The notes below the pieces were generated by a model. It worked only from the letters and a program-made list of their open reading frames with translations, did no database searches and was not told where the DNA came from. A stretch of DNA of 64,000 bases, from NCBI GenBank assembly GCA_964342695.1, contig CAYFFV010000001.1:25335-89334 (forward strand), written 5' to 3'. Source of the DNA: an uncultured Vicinamibacteraceae bacterium. GTDB taxonomy: Bacteria; Acidobacteriota; Vicinamibacteria; Vicinamibacterales; UBA8438. Shown here piece by piece: positions 20,440 through 28,916 of this stretch; the stretch's first letter is position 1, and each line of letters opens with the position of its first letter. The position numbers and the translations under genes are program-made.

Positions 20440-21585
20440 TTATGTAATGCGATTTGCAAATGTGCAGCTTTGCAGTTGAGGCTCTTTAATTCCTTTTCCG
20501 AAAATCAAAACCTTATGAGTGCTACCAAGGCTACCGGGAAGAAGAAGCGTTTTTAGAGCTAATCGACGGCGGAGTGCGGTTGTGTCCTCCATAGGCGGGT
20601 TAGTCAATTCATCGCTGTTGGAGGCTAGGCTGAGTAGAAAATATGTTTGATCGGTTATTGCAATGGTAGACAGCCCAGCTCGTTCGGCAGTTTGGCGAAT
20701 AGCTGTTAGATCGACATGTGCCGTTATATCGGATTCTCCTGGGTCTCTCAACCAAGGACCATTGTTGTTTTTTGATTGAACTGTGTGACGTTGATAGCAT
20801 CTTAGAGTACCTGATCTGTGCCGATCGGAGTACAAATCATGCGATTCGAAGCCGTAGTCAATCAGGATCAGGAATCCCTGATTTAGGCACTTTGCAGCAT
20901 TGTTGACCCAGGAAATCGCCTCTGGGCATACTTCAGCCCGCCATCCGACTTCTAGAGCTATATCAAAGTCCTCTACATGTTTTTGAGCCCTGCTCGAGAT
21001 TGGACCCAATTGCTCAACAAATTGTGAATTTTTAATATTTACATAGATTTCGCGCAGCCCATCTTCGTTCATTTCAATTAGATGAACTGGGAATGCATCA
21101 AGCAGTTCGTTCGCAAAAATGACTCCATTAACACCGACAGGAAATTTCGTTTGAGAATTTTCCCAGTGGCTTTCGTGAGCCATTAAATTGTTTTTCTGTG
21201 CAGAACGTGCAGTCTGGCTTTTTTCAATCAACACGTAATTGCAGTTATGATAAAAATCTGGTGAATATTGTTTGGCGTGATCTAAGACGTCTTTACAGAG
21301 ACGTCCGCTTCCTGCGCCGGCTTCAACTATTGTGAAGTATGGGGTTTTCCTTTTCTTTCCTTGGTTCAGTAATTGCTGCATTTCTGTGAACTGTTTACAC
21401 AGCAACTCACCAAATAGTGAACCAATATCGACACTGGTAAAAAAATCTCCTGATTGACCTGTACGTTTTTTTACTCTTGAATAATATCCATGTTGTGGAT
21501 GGTACAGGCACAGATCCATGTACTCTGCAAAGGGCATAGGCCCCTTCGCTTGAATCCGCTTAATAATTAAATCGCGGACCGACAT
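20440..21585 (-). CDS. Class I SAM-dependent methyltransferase, DUF185 / NDUFAF7 (MidA) family
   Basis: 381 aa. GDFFTSVDIGSLFGELL and SAM motif IVEAGAGSGRL. Confidence 0.75.
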   Translation of the reverse strand: MSVRDLIIKRIQAKGPMPFAEYMDLCLYHPQHGYYSRVKKRTGQSGDFFTSVDIGSLFGELLCKQFTEMQQLLNQGKKRKTPYFTIVEAGAGSGRLCKDVLDHAKQYSPDFYHNCNYVLIEKSQTARSAQKNNLMAHESHWENSQTKFPVGVNGVIFANELLDAFPVHLIEMNEDGLREIYVNIKNSQFVEQLGPISSRAQKHVEDFDIALEVGWRAEVCPEAISWVNNAAKCLNQGFLILIDYGFESHDLYSDRHRSGTLRCYQRHTVQSKNNNGPWLRDPGESDITAHVDLTAIRQTAERAGLSTIAITDQTYFLLSLASNSDELTNPPMEDTTALRRRLALKTLLLPGSLGSTHKVLIFGKGIKEPQLQSCTFANRIT

Positions 21586-21605
21586 GAAACTTAAAGCGAC
21601 GAGCG

Positions 21606-23135
21606 CTATTCCTTTCTAACTTGAAGAAATACCCTAGATTCTCCACGCTGAACTAATAGAAATGCAGTTCGTCCGGCTTCGATGCTGTTTAATTCTCTTA
21701 CGGCACCAGAGGCGGTACTAACGTCAACTCTATTAACACTCAACAAAACATCTCTCGGTTGAACGCCTCCACTTTCTGCGGCACTACCTCGTTGCACGTC
21801 AACCACCACGGCACCCTGTGTGCCACTTGGAAGCCTGAGCTGCGAGGCTATCTGTGGAGTAACATCTTGGAGAGTCATTCCGAAACCTTCGCTTAATTCT
21901 TCAGCGGAAGAAACTTCTGGGTTAGCTTCGACGTTTAAATCAAGTTCTTCTACGGTTACATTAAGAGTGATTTCTTCGCCTCCCCGCAGGACTACTACTG
22001 GCACTGTCGTTCCAGGTGTCGTTACCACGACACGGCTCTGCAAGTCACGTGTGTTAGCAACACTCTCACCGTTGAATCGAATGATGACATCCCCAGGTTG
22101 CATGCCCGCCTCATCAGCAGGACCGCCTTGGGGTACAGAGGAGACTATGGCCCCCATTCGTTCGCTTAGACCTAGGTCTTGATAGGACTCCTCTTCGACG
22201 TCCATGATTTGAACGCCAATACGTCCCCGTGTAACTTTTCCTCCTCGAAGTTCAGTCAACAGTTCTCTTACTACATTACTTGGTATGGCAAAACCTATTC
22301 CGACATTGGCTTGGCGGTCGCTAACGATAGCTGTATTAATACCCACAACTTCACCTCTGATATTAAGAAGAGGTCCGCCGGAATTTCCTGGATTAATAGC
22401 TGCATCAGTCTGAAGAACTTCTTGTGATCGCCCTCGGACGGGATAAAAAGGGCGGCCTGTTGCTGATATAACCCCGACGGTCACTGTGTGACCAAGGCCG
22501 AATGGATTTCCAATTGCCATAACCCAATCTCCGGGTTCCATTTTTGATGAATCTCCAAAACGTGCTACGGGTAGCTCCTGAGGAGGGCTTTCAATGAGTT
22601 CAAGTAACGCGCTATCTGTGAGAGGATCGCGACCTAAAATTTGAGCTTCATAGTAGATGCCATCGTCATCACCAAAAAAGTCGATTTCGATTTTTGTGGA
22701 ACCTTCGACTACATGATTGTTGGTAAGAATTAATCCGCTTGCATCAATCACAAAACCGGTGCCAGCCGCTTGCACCGTTTCTTCCCGAGGTTCTTGATCC
22801 GGTGACGGTTGTCCAAAGAAACGCCTGAACATATCATCACCACCACCACCACCAAAAAAATCATTTAGACTTGTTTCACGTTTTGATTCGGTTCTGATGT
22901 TTACGACCATATCTGTCTGATTTTTGGCAATATTTCTGAAAGTGCCCGAGTCGATGGGCCCATCTAATGGGGCACTATTCATTGAAGGAGCAGAAAAGGT
23001 CTGTGTCTGTGCGGATGACGCGGGCGCCATATTAAATCGGGAGGTAATTACCATTCCGATAGCCATGGAACTTATCGCGATCAAAGCCGCGGAAAACAGC
23101 GTGCTACGTTTTTTTAACATTATTTCCTCCAGCAA
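21606..23135 (-). CDS. Periplasmic serine endoprotease DegP/HtrA (Do family, two PDZ domains)
   Basis: 509 aa with a signal anchor. Catalytic His context ILTNNHVV and Ser context NPGNSGGPLL, followed by two PDZ-like regions. GGAGG lies upstream of the ATG. Confidence 0.9.
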   Translation of the reverse strand: MLEEIMLKKRSTLFSAALIAISSMAIGMVITSRFNMAPASSAQTQTFSAPSMNSAPLDGPIDSGTFRNIAKNQTDMVVNIRTESKRETSLNDFFGGGGGDDMFRRFFGQPSPDQEPREETVQAAGTGFVIDASGLILTNNHVVEGSTKIEIDFFGDDDGIYYEAQILGRDPLTDSALLELIESPPQELPVARFGDSSKMEPGDWVMAIGNPFGLGHTVTVGVISATGRPFYPVRGRSQEVLQTDAAINPGNSGGPLLNIRGEVVGINTAIVSDRQANVGIGFAIPSNVVRELLTELRGGKVTRGRIGVQIMDVEEESYQDLGLSERMGAIVSSVPQGGPADEAGMQPGDVIIRFNGESVANTRDLQSRVVVTTPGTTVPVVVLRGGEEITLNVTVEELDLNVEANPEVSSAEELSEGFGMTLQDVTPQIASQLRLPSGTQGAVVVDVQRGSAAESGGVQPRDVLLSVNRVDVSTASGAVRELNSIEAGRTAFLLVQRGESRVFLQVRKE

Positions 23136-23189
23136 ACCAACCCTCTTAACGGTACTCCAACTGCCCCGGAAGATCTAGAGCTTCTCCGG

Positions 23190-24398
23190 TTAGTCAATGG
23201 TACAACCCATTGAACTCAGAGAAAGTATAGATTCTTGGATTGAACTCGTCACGGTTGACTCGTATTTTCCAATATACATATTAATTTCTGTTCTTACCCC
23301 GAACTCTTCAAAGTAAATTCCCGGTTCGATTGTAAAACCCGAGCCTTCAATGAGTCTCCGGTCGTCATGTGTTTCAAAATCATCGAGGTGAACGCCGTTT
23401 CCGTGGACTTCCTTTCCAAGGCTGTGTCCTGTCCTGTGAACGAAATTTTCTCCGAAACCAGCTTTTTCTATGACTGTACGTGTTTTTCGATCAACTTCCC
23501 AACCTTCTAATGATTTTCCTTCAGCAAAGGCATCTTTAACAAGTAGAACTGCCGTATCTCGGGCTCGGGCCGCTACGTTGAAGCACTTGCTGTATTGGTT
23601 TGGGATATTGGCACCGGTGAAACCGACCCAAGTAATATCTGCATAAACAGCGTTTGGAACATTTTGTTTTCCCCAGAGATCTATTAGCACAAGTTCGTTT
23701 GGATTAATCGGTCTAAAACTCGAAGAGGTTGGCAAATAATGAGGATTACCACTGTTTTCTTGGGCTGCTACTACTGGCGCCGAATCACTGACAAGATCTG
23801 CTTCCTTAAACCAGTCTACCATTATTTGTTGAACTTCATATTCATTGACAGGGGACTTTGTGCTGAGTCGGTCCGCAATTAATTTAAATGCTCTGTTTTT
23901 AATGTCTTCCAAGTGCCCGGCCGCATTTTGATGAGTTTCCAGAGCATGATCGTCCCATGTTGATTCAAAACGTTGTACTAAGTTTCCTGACGATAAGATA
24001 GAGATACCATGACTTCTCAAGGTTTCGACGGTTCCCGCGTCCACCTTGGAAATGTAAGGTATGTTGCAATCTTGCGAGTATTCCATGGCTAAGCGGCTGT
24101 GTCCACGAATCAATCTGGCGAGTGAATTCTCAAATTGTTTTCGGCCTGAGTACAGTTGTCGATTTCCTGGCAAATGACTGAGGCTGTCCGGTTCTATTTG
24201 ATGAACTAATGCACAAGGGACTCCGTCTGTAGGTATCAGGTAAAACCACCGCCTTGTGGTGAGTTTCCTATTTGTGTCAACTTTTGCTATTGAACGGGAA
24301 ATAGGGTTCGAACCGTGAAAGTCGTACAAGAGCCATCCGTCAAGCTGGTTCTCATCCTCACGTAAGGCGCGTTGAATTGTTTCAATATCAATCACCAC
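23190..24398 (-). CDS. M24 family metallopeptidase (Xaa-Pro aminopeptidase-like)
   Basis: 402 aa with a GTG start. Pita-bread fold motifs HRTGHSLGKEVHG, FTIEPGIY and GVRTEIN. Confidence 0.8.
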   Translation of the reverse strand: MVIDIETIQRALREDENQLDGWLLYDFHGSNPISRSIAKVDTNRKLTTRRWFYLIPTDGVPCALVHQIEPDSLSHLPGNRQLYSGRKQFENSLARLIRGHSRLAMEYSQDCNIPYISKVDAGTVETLRSHGISILSSGNLVQRFESTWDDHALETHQNAAGHLEDIKNRAFKLIADRLSTKSPVNEYEVQQIMVDWFKEADLVSDSAPVVAAQENSGNPHYLPTSSSFRPINPNELVLIDLWGKQNVPNAVYADITWVGFTGANIPNQYSKCFNVAARARDTAVLLVKDAFAEGKSLEGWEVDRKTRTVIEKAGFGENFVHRTGHSLGKEVHGNGVHLDDFETHDDRRLIEGSGFTIEPGIYFEEFGVRTEINMYIGKYESTVTSSIQESILSLSSMGCTID

Positions 24399-24644
24399 TA
24401 CGTCCAGTTTTATAGGTTGCTCATCAGGCGTTCCGTATTATTCATAATACTTTGGACTCCCGACGGACCGAAAAATTTTGAAATTCAATTGGTATGACTT
24501 TAGTTGCAGAAATGTTTCCGCAATATTTGAACTGTTGCATTAAAAACTAGATGCGTGAAACCGAGCACCGAAATCTACTGATTCCGGTACTTGGCACAAG
24601 CACCGAAGCAATATCTACCTTTCATCTAATTTTCGTTGAGAAAA

Positions 24645-25190
24645 TCAAGATTGGTTCTCGGAATCTTCCTCTTCTTCAGGGTCTTCTATAGATTCTAGTA
24701 GAGTTGCTTTGATTTCCCCATTTTGATGGGAAAACTCGTAATTACTTCGATCCATGGCAGGGTTGCGAGGCACACGAAGTTCTATATCTATGACTTGCTC
24801 CATTAAAACAGGTTCTCGAAATCGGACAGAGTCACCGGTTACGGTATTTCCATCTCGATCGAACCAGAACTCATCAACTTGTAATCCAGCGATTGCATTT
24901 TCTGCAAGGTTTTTAACCCTGAAGTTCGTAACAATAAAATTTCCTTCTCTTCTAGCGTTGGGCTGTTCGTAACCAATCTCAGCAAGACCACGAACTGTTG
25001 GGACGAGCTGAATATCGCTTCCGAGTTGGTTGGTTAGGCGTTGTGCTGCGGCGACCGCTTCTGGACTGGGAGGAGCTGGTCCGGCATCAACTGCCTCACC
25101 CTCCTCAGCAGGACCAGAGCTGCCACATCCAATTACACTAAGAACACCAACAAACAAACCGAAGAGTAAAATACGGTTAAACTGTTTCAT
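24645..25190 (-). CDS. Hypothetical lipoprotein
   Basis: 181 aa. Signal peptide with lipobox LSVIGC, GGAGG upstream of the ATG, an Ala/Pro-rich linker, a beta-rich body and an acidic C-terminal tail. No family recognised. Confidence 0.6.
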   Translation of the reverse strand: MKQFNRILLFGLFVGVLSVIGCGSSGPAEEGEAVDAGPAPPSPEAVAAAQRLTNQLGSDIQLVPTVRGLAEIGYEQPNARREGNFIVTNFRVKNLAENAIAGLQVDEFWFDRDGNTVTGDSVRFREPVLMEQVIDIELRVPRNPAMDRSNYEFSHQNGEIKATLLESIEDPEEEEDSENQS

Positions 25191-25636
25191 ATACAGTGCC
25201 TCCAGACAGGATCAAACTTGAATGCAGATTATAGGTCTTGATGACCATAAAGCTCAACATTCCAAGTCCAGAAATTGTGCAGAATCCATGATTTAGGCTA
25301 CATTTCGCCATTCCACTCGTCAGGTTTGGGGTGTGTTGATCTAAAAAATTCAAGTTTTCATTTACCTCCATCCCATGGTTCTACAATTTCAGGCGACACG
25401 ACTTCACTCAATAATCCGGCAAAGCAGCAGCCTTCTTAAGCCCCCTTTAGGTGATAGGATGGCTCGCCCCAATTAGAAGTTGGATATAAAATTAAGACTG
25501 AGAAATAGATAATACCTGTCATCTACGGCTAGCGGTTTTCGGTAGCGATTTTCTGAGACATAATGAAGAGACACTTTAGGATTGTAGATGTAACTTTTAA
25601 TCTTCAGAAAATTTGCGAACTTTCTAAAATTTTCTA

Positions 25637-26035
25637 ATGAAAAATCAACCGAGTCATCGCGGTCTTCGTCACGTAGCTTTATGCGTTCGACATTTGGAGT
25701 TAATGCGGGATTTTTACGTCGAAAATTTTGGTTTTGAAATTGAATGGGAGCCGGATTCAGATAATGTTTATCTAACTTCAGGAAGTGACAATATCGCGCT
25801 TCATCGCACGGCAATAGGAATTGGTCGAGAAACAGTGCTTGACCACATAGGATTCTTGGTTGGTCATGCTAATGATGTAGATGGATGGGCCGAGTATCTG
25901 AAAGCGCGTGGGGTTGCACTTATTAGTGAACCACGGACACACAGAGATGGTGCAAGGTCATGTTACCTGTCTGATCCAGAGGGTAATAAAGTACAAATAA
26001 TTTATCATCCACCAATTAGTAAGGAACTGAGCTAG
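25637..26035 (+). CDS. VOC family protein (glyoxalase/bleomycin resistance/dioxygenase fold)
   Basis: 132 aa. LRHVALCVRHLELMRDFYVENFGFE and YLSDPEGNKVQI are typical of the VOC beta-alpha-beta-beta-beta modules. Confidence 0.8.
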   Translation: MKNQPSHRGLRHVALCVRHLELMRDFYVENFGFEIEWEPDSDNVYLTSGSDNIALHRTAIGIGRETVLDHIGFLVGHANDVDGWAEYLKARGVALISEPRTHRDGARSCYLSDPEGNKVQIIYHPPISKELS

Positions 26036-26952
26036 CGTTTACTCCACCTTAGTTTTTCTCTCAGTACGGCAAAGTAGTTCCTTGATTCTGCACTAACAAC
26101 CTTCAAAGTGTAATCGGATTTTTCAATTGAGATGTTGTCTCCAGGGGTCAGCTCAAGTCCGAATTGACCATCAAAGCTAATATAAGCAGATTGATGTGGG
26201 CCATCAAGTGTTGGTGTCACGCACACTGTGCTGTCGGTAGGAATTACAATTGGTCTGTTAGTTAATGTATGCGGTGCGATTGGTGTCACAAGCAAGGCAT
26301 CTACCATTGGATGTACGATTGGGCCACCGGCGGCCATGTTGTAGGCAGTCGAACCAGTAGGACTAGCAATGATTAGTCCGTCTGCGCGTGAATTCATAAC
26401 GAAATGGTCGCCAAGAGTAATAGCGAAATCAATTATATTTGACAGTGCAGCCTTACTGAGGACTATGTCATTCAACGCCGTTCTGTTGACGATGACTTTA
26501 TTTTCACGAATTACCTGAGCCCTCAGCATTTGGCGTTCATCTATCCTGGCGGTTCCAGCTAGTACGGATTCCAGTGATTTGTATAGTTCAGGCAAGGTCG
26601 TTTCAGTCAAGAAACCTAAACTGCCGAAATTAACTGCGAGAAGAGGTACGCTAGATCGATTTTTAGCAACTAGCCCAGCCACTCCCAATAGTGTTCCGTC
26701 TCCACCAAGAACGAGAATTAGATCAGAAACCGCAGGCAGCTTATCCCTCAGGCAGGTCTCTATTTCTTGTTCCTGGAGTAGTTTGGCGGTTTCCTTTTCT
26801 ACTACAACGGAAATACCGCGTTTCAGTAGCCATTCTTTGACTTCGGCGACTACACCAGCGATTTCACCTAGTCTTGTCTTAGCTATTATCCCGACTGTAT
26901 TGACTGTAAGCTTAGTCATGGGTCCGCTTTCTAGAGTAATCAGTGTCGTCAA
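26032..26952 (-). CDS. nadK: NAD kinase
   Basis: 306 aa. GGDGTLL, NFGSLGFL and PTGSTAYNMAAGGPIV. Confidence 0.9.
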   Translation of the reverse strand: MTTLITLESGPMTKLTVNTVGIIAKTRLGEIAGVVAEVKEWLLKRGISVVVEKETAKLLQEQEIETCLRDKLPAVSDLILVLGGDGTLLGVAGLVAKNRSSVPLLAVNFGSLGFLTETTLPELYKSLESVLAGTARIDERQMLRAQVIRENKVIVNRTALNDIVLSKAALSNIIDFAITLGDHFVMNSRADGLIIASPTGSTAYNMAAGGPIVHPMVDALLVTPIAPHTLTNRPIVIPTDSTVCVTPTLDGPHQSAYISFDGQFGLELTPGDNISIEKSDYTLKVVSAESRNYFAVLREKLRWSKR

Positions 26953-27752
26953 ATTTTTTGCAAGTGAAGAAAAAACTCTTTGTTTCCAGCGCTTCCTTTA
27001 ATAGGCGATGCAGTCATTGCTATTCGTTGTAAGCCTATCTTACTGGCAGCAGCAGTTATTTCTTCGATGACACGAGTGTGAACATTAGAATCGGTAATCA
27101 ACCCGCGCTTTTGTACCTCTTCTCGTCCTGCTTCAAATTGGGGTTTAACTAAGGCGATTACGTCGCTAGTTGGTACAAGCAGTCCTAAAACTTGTCTAAG
27201 TATCAATTTTAAAGAAATGAAAGATACATCTATTGTTACAACATCAACTTTTTGAAATCCTTTTGGAAGCATCTTAGGTTCAAGAGATCTAGCGTTAAGT
27301 CCTTCTATCACCGAAACGCGTTCGTTTGTCCTAAGTTTCCAAGCTAATTGACCGTGACCCACATCGAGCGCTACAACGTGCTGAACGCCGTTTATTAATA
27401 GTACCTCCGTAAAACCACCAGTGGAAGCACCAATGTCCAATGCAGACCGTTCGGTGACTGTTATTTGAAATTTTTTCAGGGCGTGTTCTAGTTTTATGCC
27501 GCCGCGACTAACATAAGGGTGATCTGGTTCAAGTAATGCGATTTCTGCGTTATCTGATACTGACGTACCGGCTTTGGTTGTTACTGTTCCGTCGACCTTT
27601 ACTTGACCTGCCATTACGAGAGCTTGGGCGCGAACCCGGGTTTGGGCTAACTTTCGTTCAACTAACAATGTGTCTAATCTTATTCGACGATTCATGTCGA
27701 TTAGAGCAATAGAATTAATTAGATCGGGACAAAACCCAGTCGGCAATTTCAT
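26949..27752 (-). CDS. tlyA: TlyA family rRNA (cytidine-2'-O)-methyltransferase
   Basis: S4 domain RLDTLLVERKLAQTRVRAQALVMAGQVKVDG plus an FtsJ-like motif ALDIGASTGGFTEVLL. The likely true start is ATG at 27695 (MNRRIRLD...), which removes the apparent overlap with ispA. Confidence 0.85.
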   Translation of the reverse strand: MKLPTGFCPDLINSIALIDMNRRIRLDTLLVERKLAQTRVRAQALVMAGQVKVDGTVTTKAGTSVSDNAEIALLEPDHPYVSRGGIKLEHALKKFQITVTERSALDIGASTGGFTEVLLINGVQHVVALDVGHGQLAWKLRTNERVSVIEGLNARSLEPKMLPKGFQKVDVVTIDVSFISLKLILRQVLGLLVPTSDVIALVKPQFEAGREEVQKRGLITDSNVHTRVIEEITAAASKIGLQRIAMTASPIKGSAGNKEFFLHLQKI

Positions 27753-28671
27753 AAAGGCGGCCGCTGAGAGCGGCTTCTTTTAAATGAGATTTTGCCTTCT
27801 CGATTGCCTCAGTAGCAAGTCTTTTGGATTTCTCGATTCCCCAAAAAGTAGGATATGTTGACTTTCCTAAGGTTGCGTCTTTTCCTGCTGTCTTTCCGAG
27901 TTTTTCCCGGACGCCTTCCACATCAAGTATGTCATCAATAATTTGGAATCCGAGTCCTAGCTCATAGGCGTAACCCTCGATGCAGCGCACTTGTTCTTTT
28001 GACGCTCCAACCATGATTGCGCCAGAGACGGCCGCGGCATGAATCAGCGCGCCAGTTTTCAGTCTGTGCATGGATTTAAGTTGTTCTGCGTCTAAAAGTT
28101 TGTTTTTTCTTTCCAGAATTTGTCCAGAGGTTTCCAGATCAATTGATTGTCCACCAACCATACCTAAGGGACCAGCCGCCAATGCCAAGTGTTTTGCCAC
28201 GAGCAATTTTCTTGTATTTATGATTGGATCGTTAGTATGTGGTAATTCAGTAACTATACGAAAAGCTTCAGTAAGTAATCCGTCTCCCGCGAGTATTGCT
28301 AAACCTTCACCATATTTGACGTGTGATGTGGGTCTTCCGCGCCGGAGAACGTCGTCATCCATTGCGGGAAGATCGTCGTGGACAAGAGAATATGTATGGA
28401 TCAATTCAATTGCGCATGCGACCGGTTTTGCAAGTTCTCGATTTTTCGTTTTGTTGCTTTTCTCAACTGTATCTGCTGATGCTAGTGTAAGAATCGGGCG
28501 AAACCTTTTTCCACCGGCAAAAAGGCTGTACTGCATGGCTTCTATTATCAAAGGCGGGTTGCTGAAAGTTGATTCGAATAGACTTTTTAAAGCTTCTATA
28601 ACTTCTTTTTTCTGGGTATTAAGATAATCCTCTATGTCGTTCTTTTCTCCTAGGGGGCTTAGTGCTCTCAC
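27715..28671 (-). CDS. ispA: Polyprenyl (farnesyl/geranylgeranyl) diphosphate synthase
   Basis: 318 aa. First Asp-rich motif LVHDDLPAMDDDVLRRG and second motif FQIIDDILD. Confidence 0.85.
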   Translation of the reverse strand: MRALSPLGEKNDIEDYLNTQKKEVIEALKSLFESTFSNPPLIIEAMQYSLFAGGKRFRPILTLASADTVEKSNKTKNRELAKPVACAIELIHTYSLVHDDLPAMDDDVLRRGRPTSHVKYGEGLAILAGDGLLTEAFRIVTELPHTNDPIINTRKLLVAKHLALAAGPLGMVGGQSIDLETSGQILERKNKLLDAEQLKSMHRLKTGALIHAAAVSGAIMVGASKEQVRCIEGYAYELGLGFQIIDDILDVEGVREKLGKTAGKDATLGKSTYPTFWGIEKSKRLATEAIEKAKSHLKEAALSGRLYEIADWVLSRSN

Positions 28672-28916
28672 GATGAACCTTCGTCGTTTAAAGAGTTTAG
28701 TGAGTCAGCGTTGTTGGCTATTTCACCACGTTCTGTCAGAATCTCGAGTTTTTCTTCAGCGGCCTCAAGTTGAGTATGGCAATATCGAGAGAGTTCAACC
28801 CCTCTCTCGAATAGTTCTAGTGATTTTTCTAATGGAAGATTGCCTTCGTCTAAATTCTTAACGATTTTCTCTAGTTCGGCTATTGCCGATTCGAAATCTT
28901 TTATTTTTGATGTCAT
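28668..28916 (-). CDS. xseB: Exodeoxyribonuclease VII small subunit
   Basis: 82 aa. FESAIAELEKIVKNLDEGNLPLEKSLELFERGVELSRYC. Overlaps the xseA stop. Confidence 0.85.
   Translation of the reverse strand: MTSKIKDFESAIAELEKIVKNLDEGNLPLEKSLELFERGVELSRYCHTQLEAAEEKLEILTERGEIANNADSLNSLNDEGSS

Noticed and set aside
23136-23189. Imperfect hairpin CCGGAAG...CTTCTCCGG between the M24 peptidase gene and degP, considered as a terminator.
   Set aside because: The stem is bulged, and on the minus strand no U-tract follows. Instead it is followed by the degP GGAGG ribosome-binding site, so it is more likely part of an intercistronic region within one operon.
24305-24314. GGTTCGAACC, which resembles a tRNA T-arm/T-loop core.
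   Set aside because: It lies inside the well-supported M24 peptidase reading frame. It is a simple 10-bp palindrome, and there is no flanking acceptor or anticodon-arm complementarity.
25416-25432. CCGGCAAAGCAGCAGCC, which is reminiscent of the SRP (4.5S) RNA helix-8 motif CCGGAAGGAAGCAGCC. Also a GGGGCGAGCC 5'-like start on the minus strand at 25470, reminiscent of tmRNA or SRP 5' ends.
   Set aside because: The GNRA tetraloop and symmetric-loop pairing of SRP RNA cannot be formed with the flanking sequence. No tRNA-like 3' end (GGTTCGAATCC...CCA) follows, as tmRNA would require. The resemblance is limited to a short A/G/C-rich string.
25473-25814. 113-aa minus-strand ORF spanning the long intergenic gap and the 5' end of the VOC gene. 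Also a 64-aa ORF at 25177-25371.
   Set aside because: Low-complexity, Asn/Lys/Phe-rich translations typical of AT-rich non-coding DNA, with no ribosome-binding site. One overlaps the conserved N-terminus of the VOC protein antisense.
27695-27752. Apparent 38-nt overlap between ispA and tlyA, the 29-nt overlap of infB with nusA, and the extended N-termini of gatC and rimP.
   Set aside because: These are best explained by the ORF track using the most upstream possible start. Internal starts (27695, 14443, 34840, 16357) give N-termini that match the family consensus and remove the overlaps. They are an annotation artefact, not unusual biology.
28070-28627. Long antisense or alternate-frame ORFs inside well-supported genes: 28070-28627 in ispA, 38842-39381 in acnA, 12582-13025, 13022-13456 and 13782-14228 in infB, 26579-27001 in nadK, 49450-49962 in the vWA gene, 14446-14874 in nusA, 15957-16298 in rimP.
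   Set aside because: Each is fully embedded opposite to, or out of frame with, a protein carrying unmistakable family motifs. Their translations are Ser/Arg/Pro-rich low-complexity sequence with no motifs. These are shadow ORFs.
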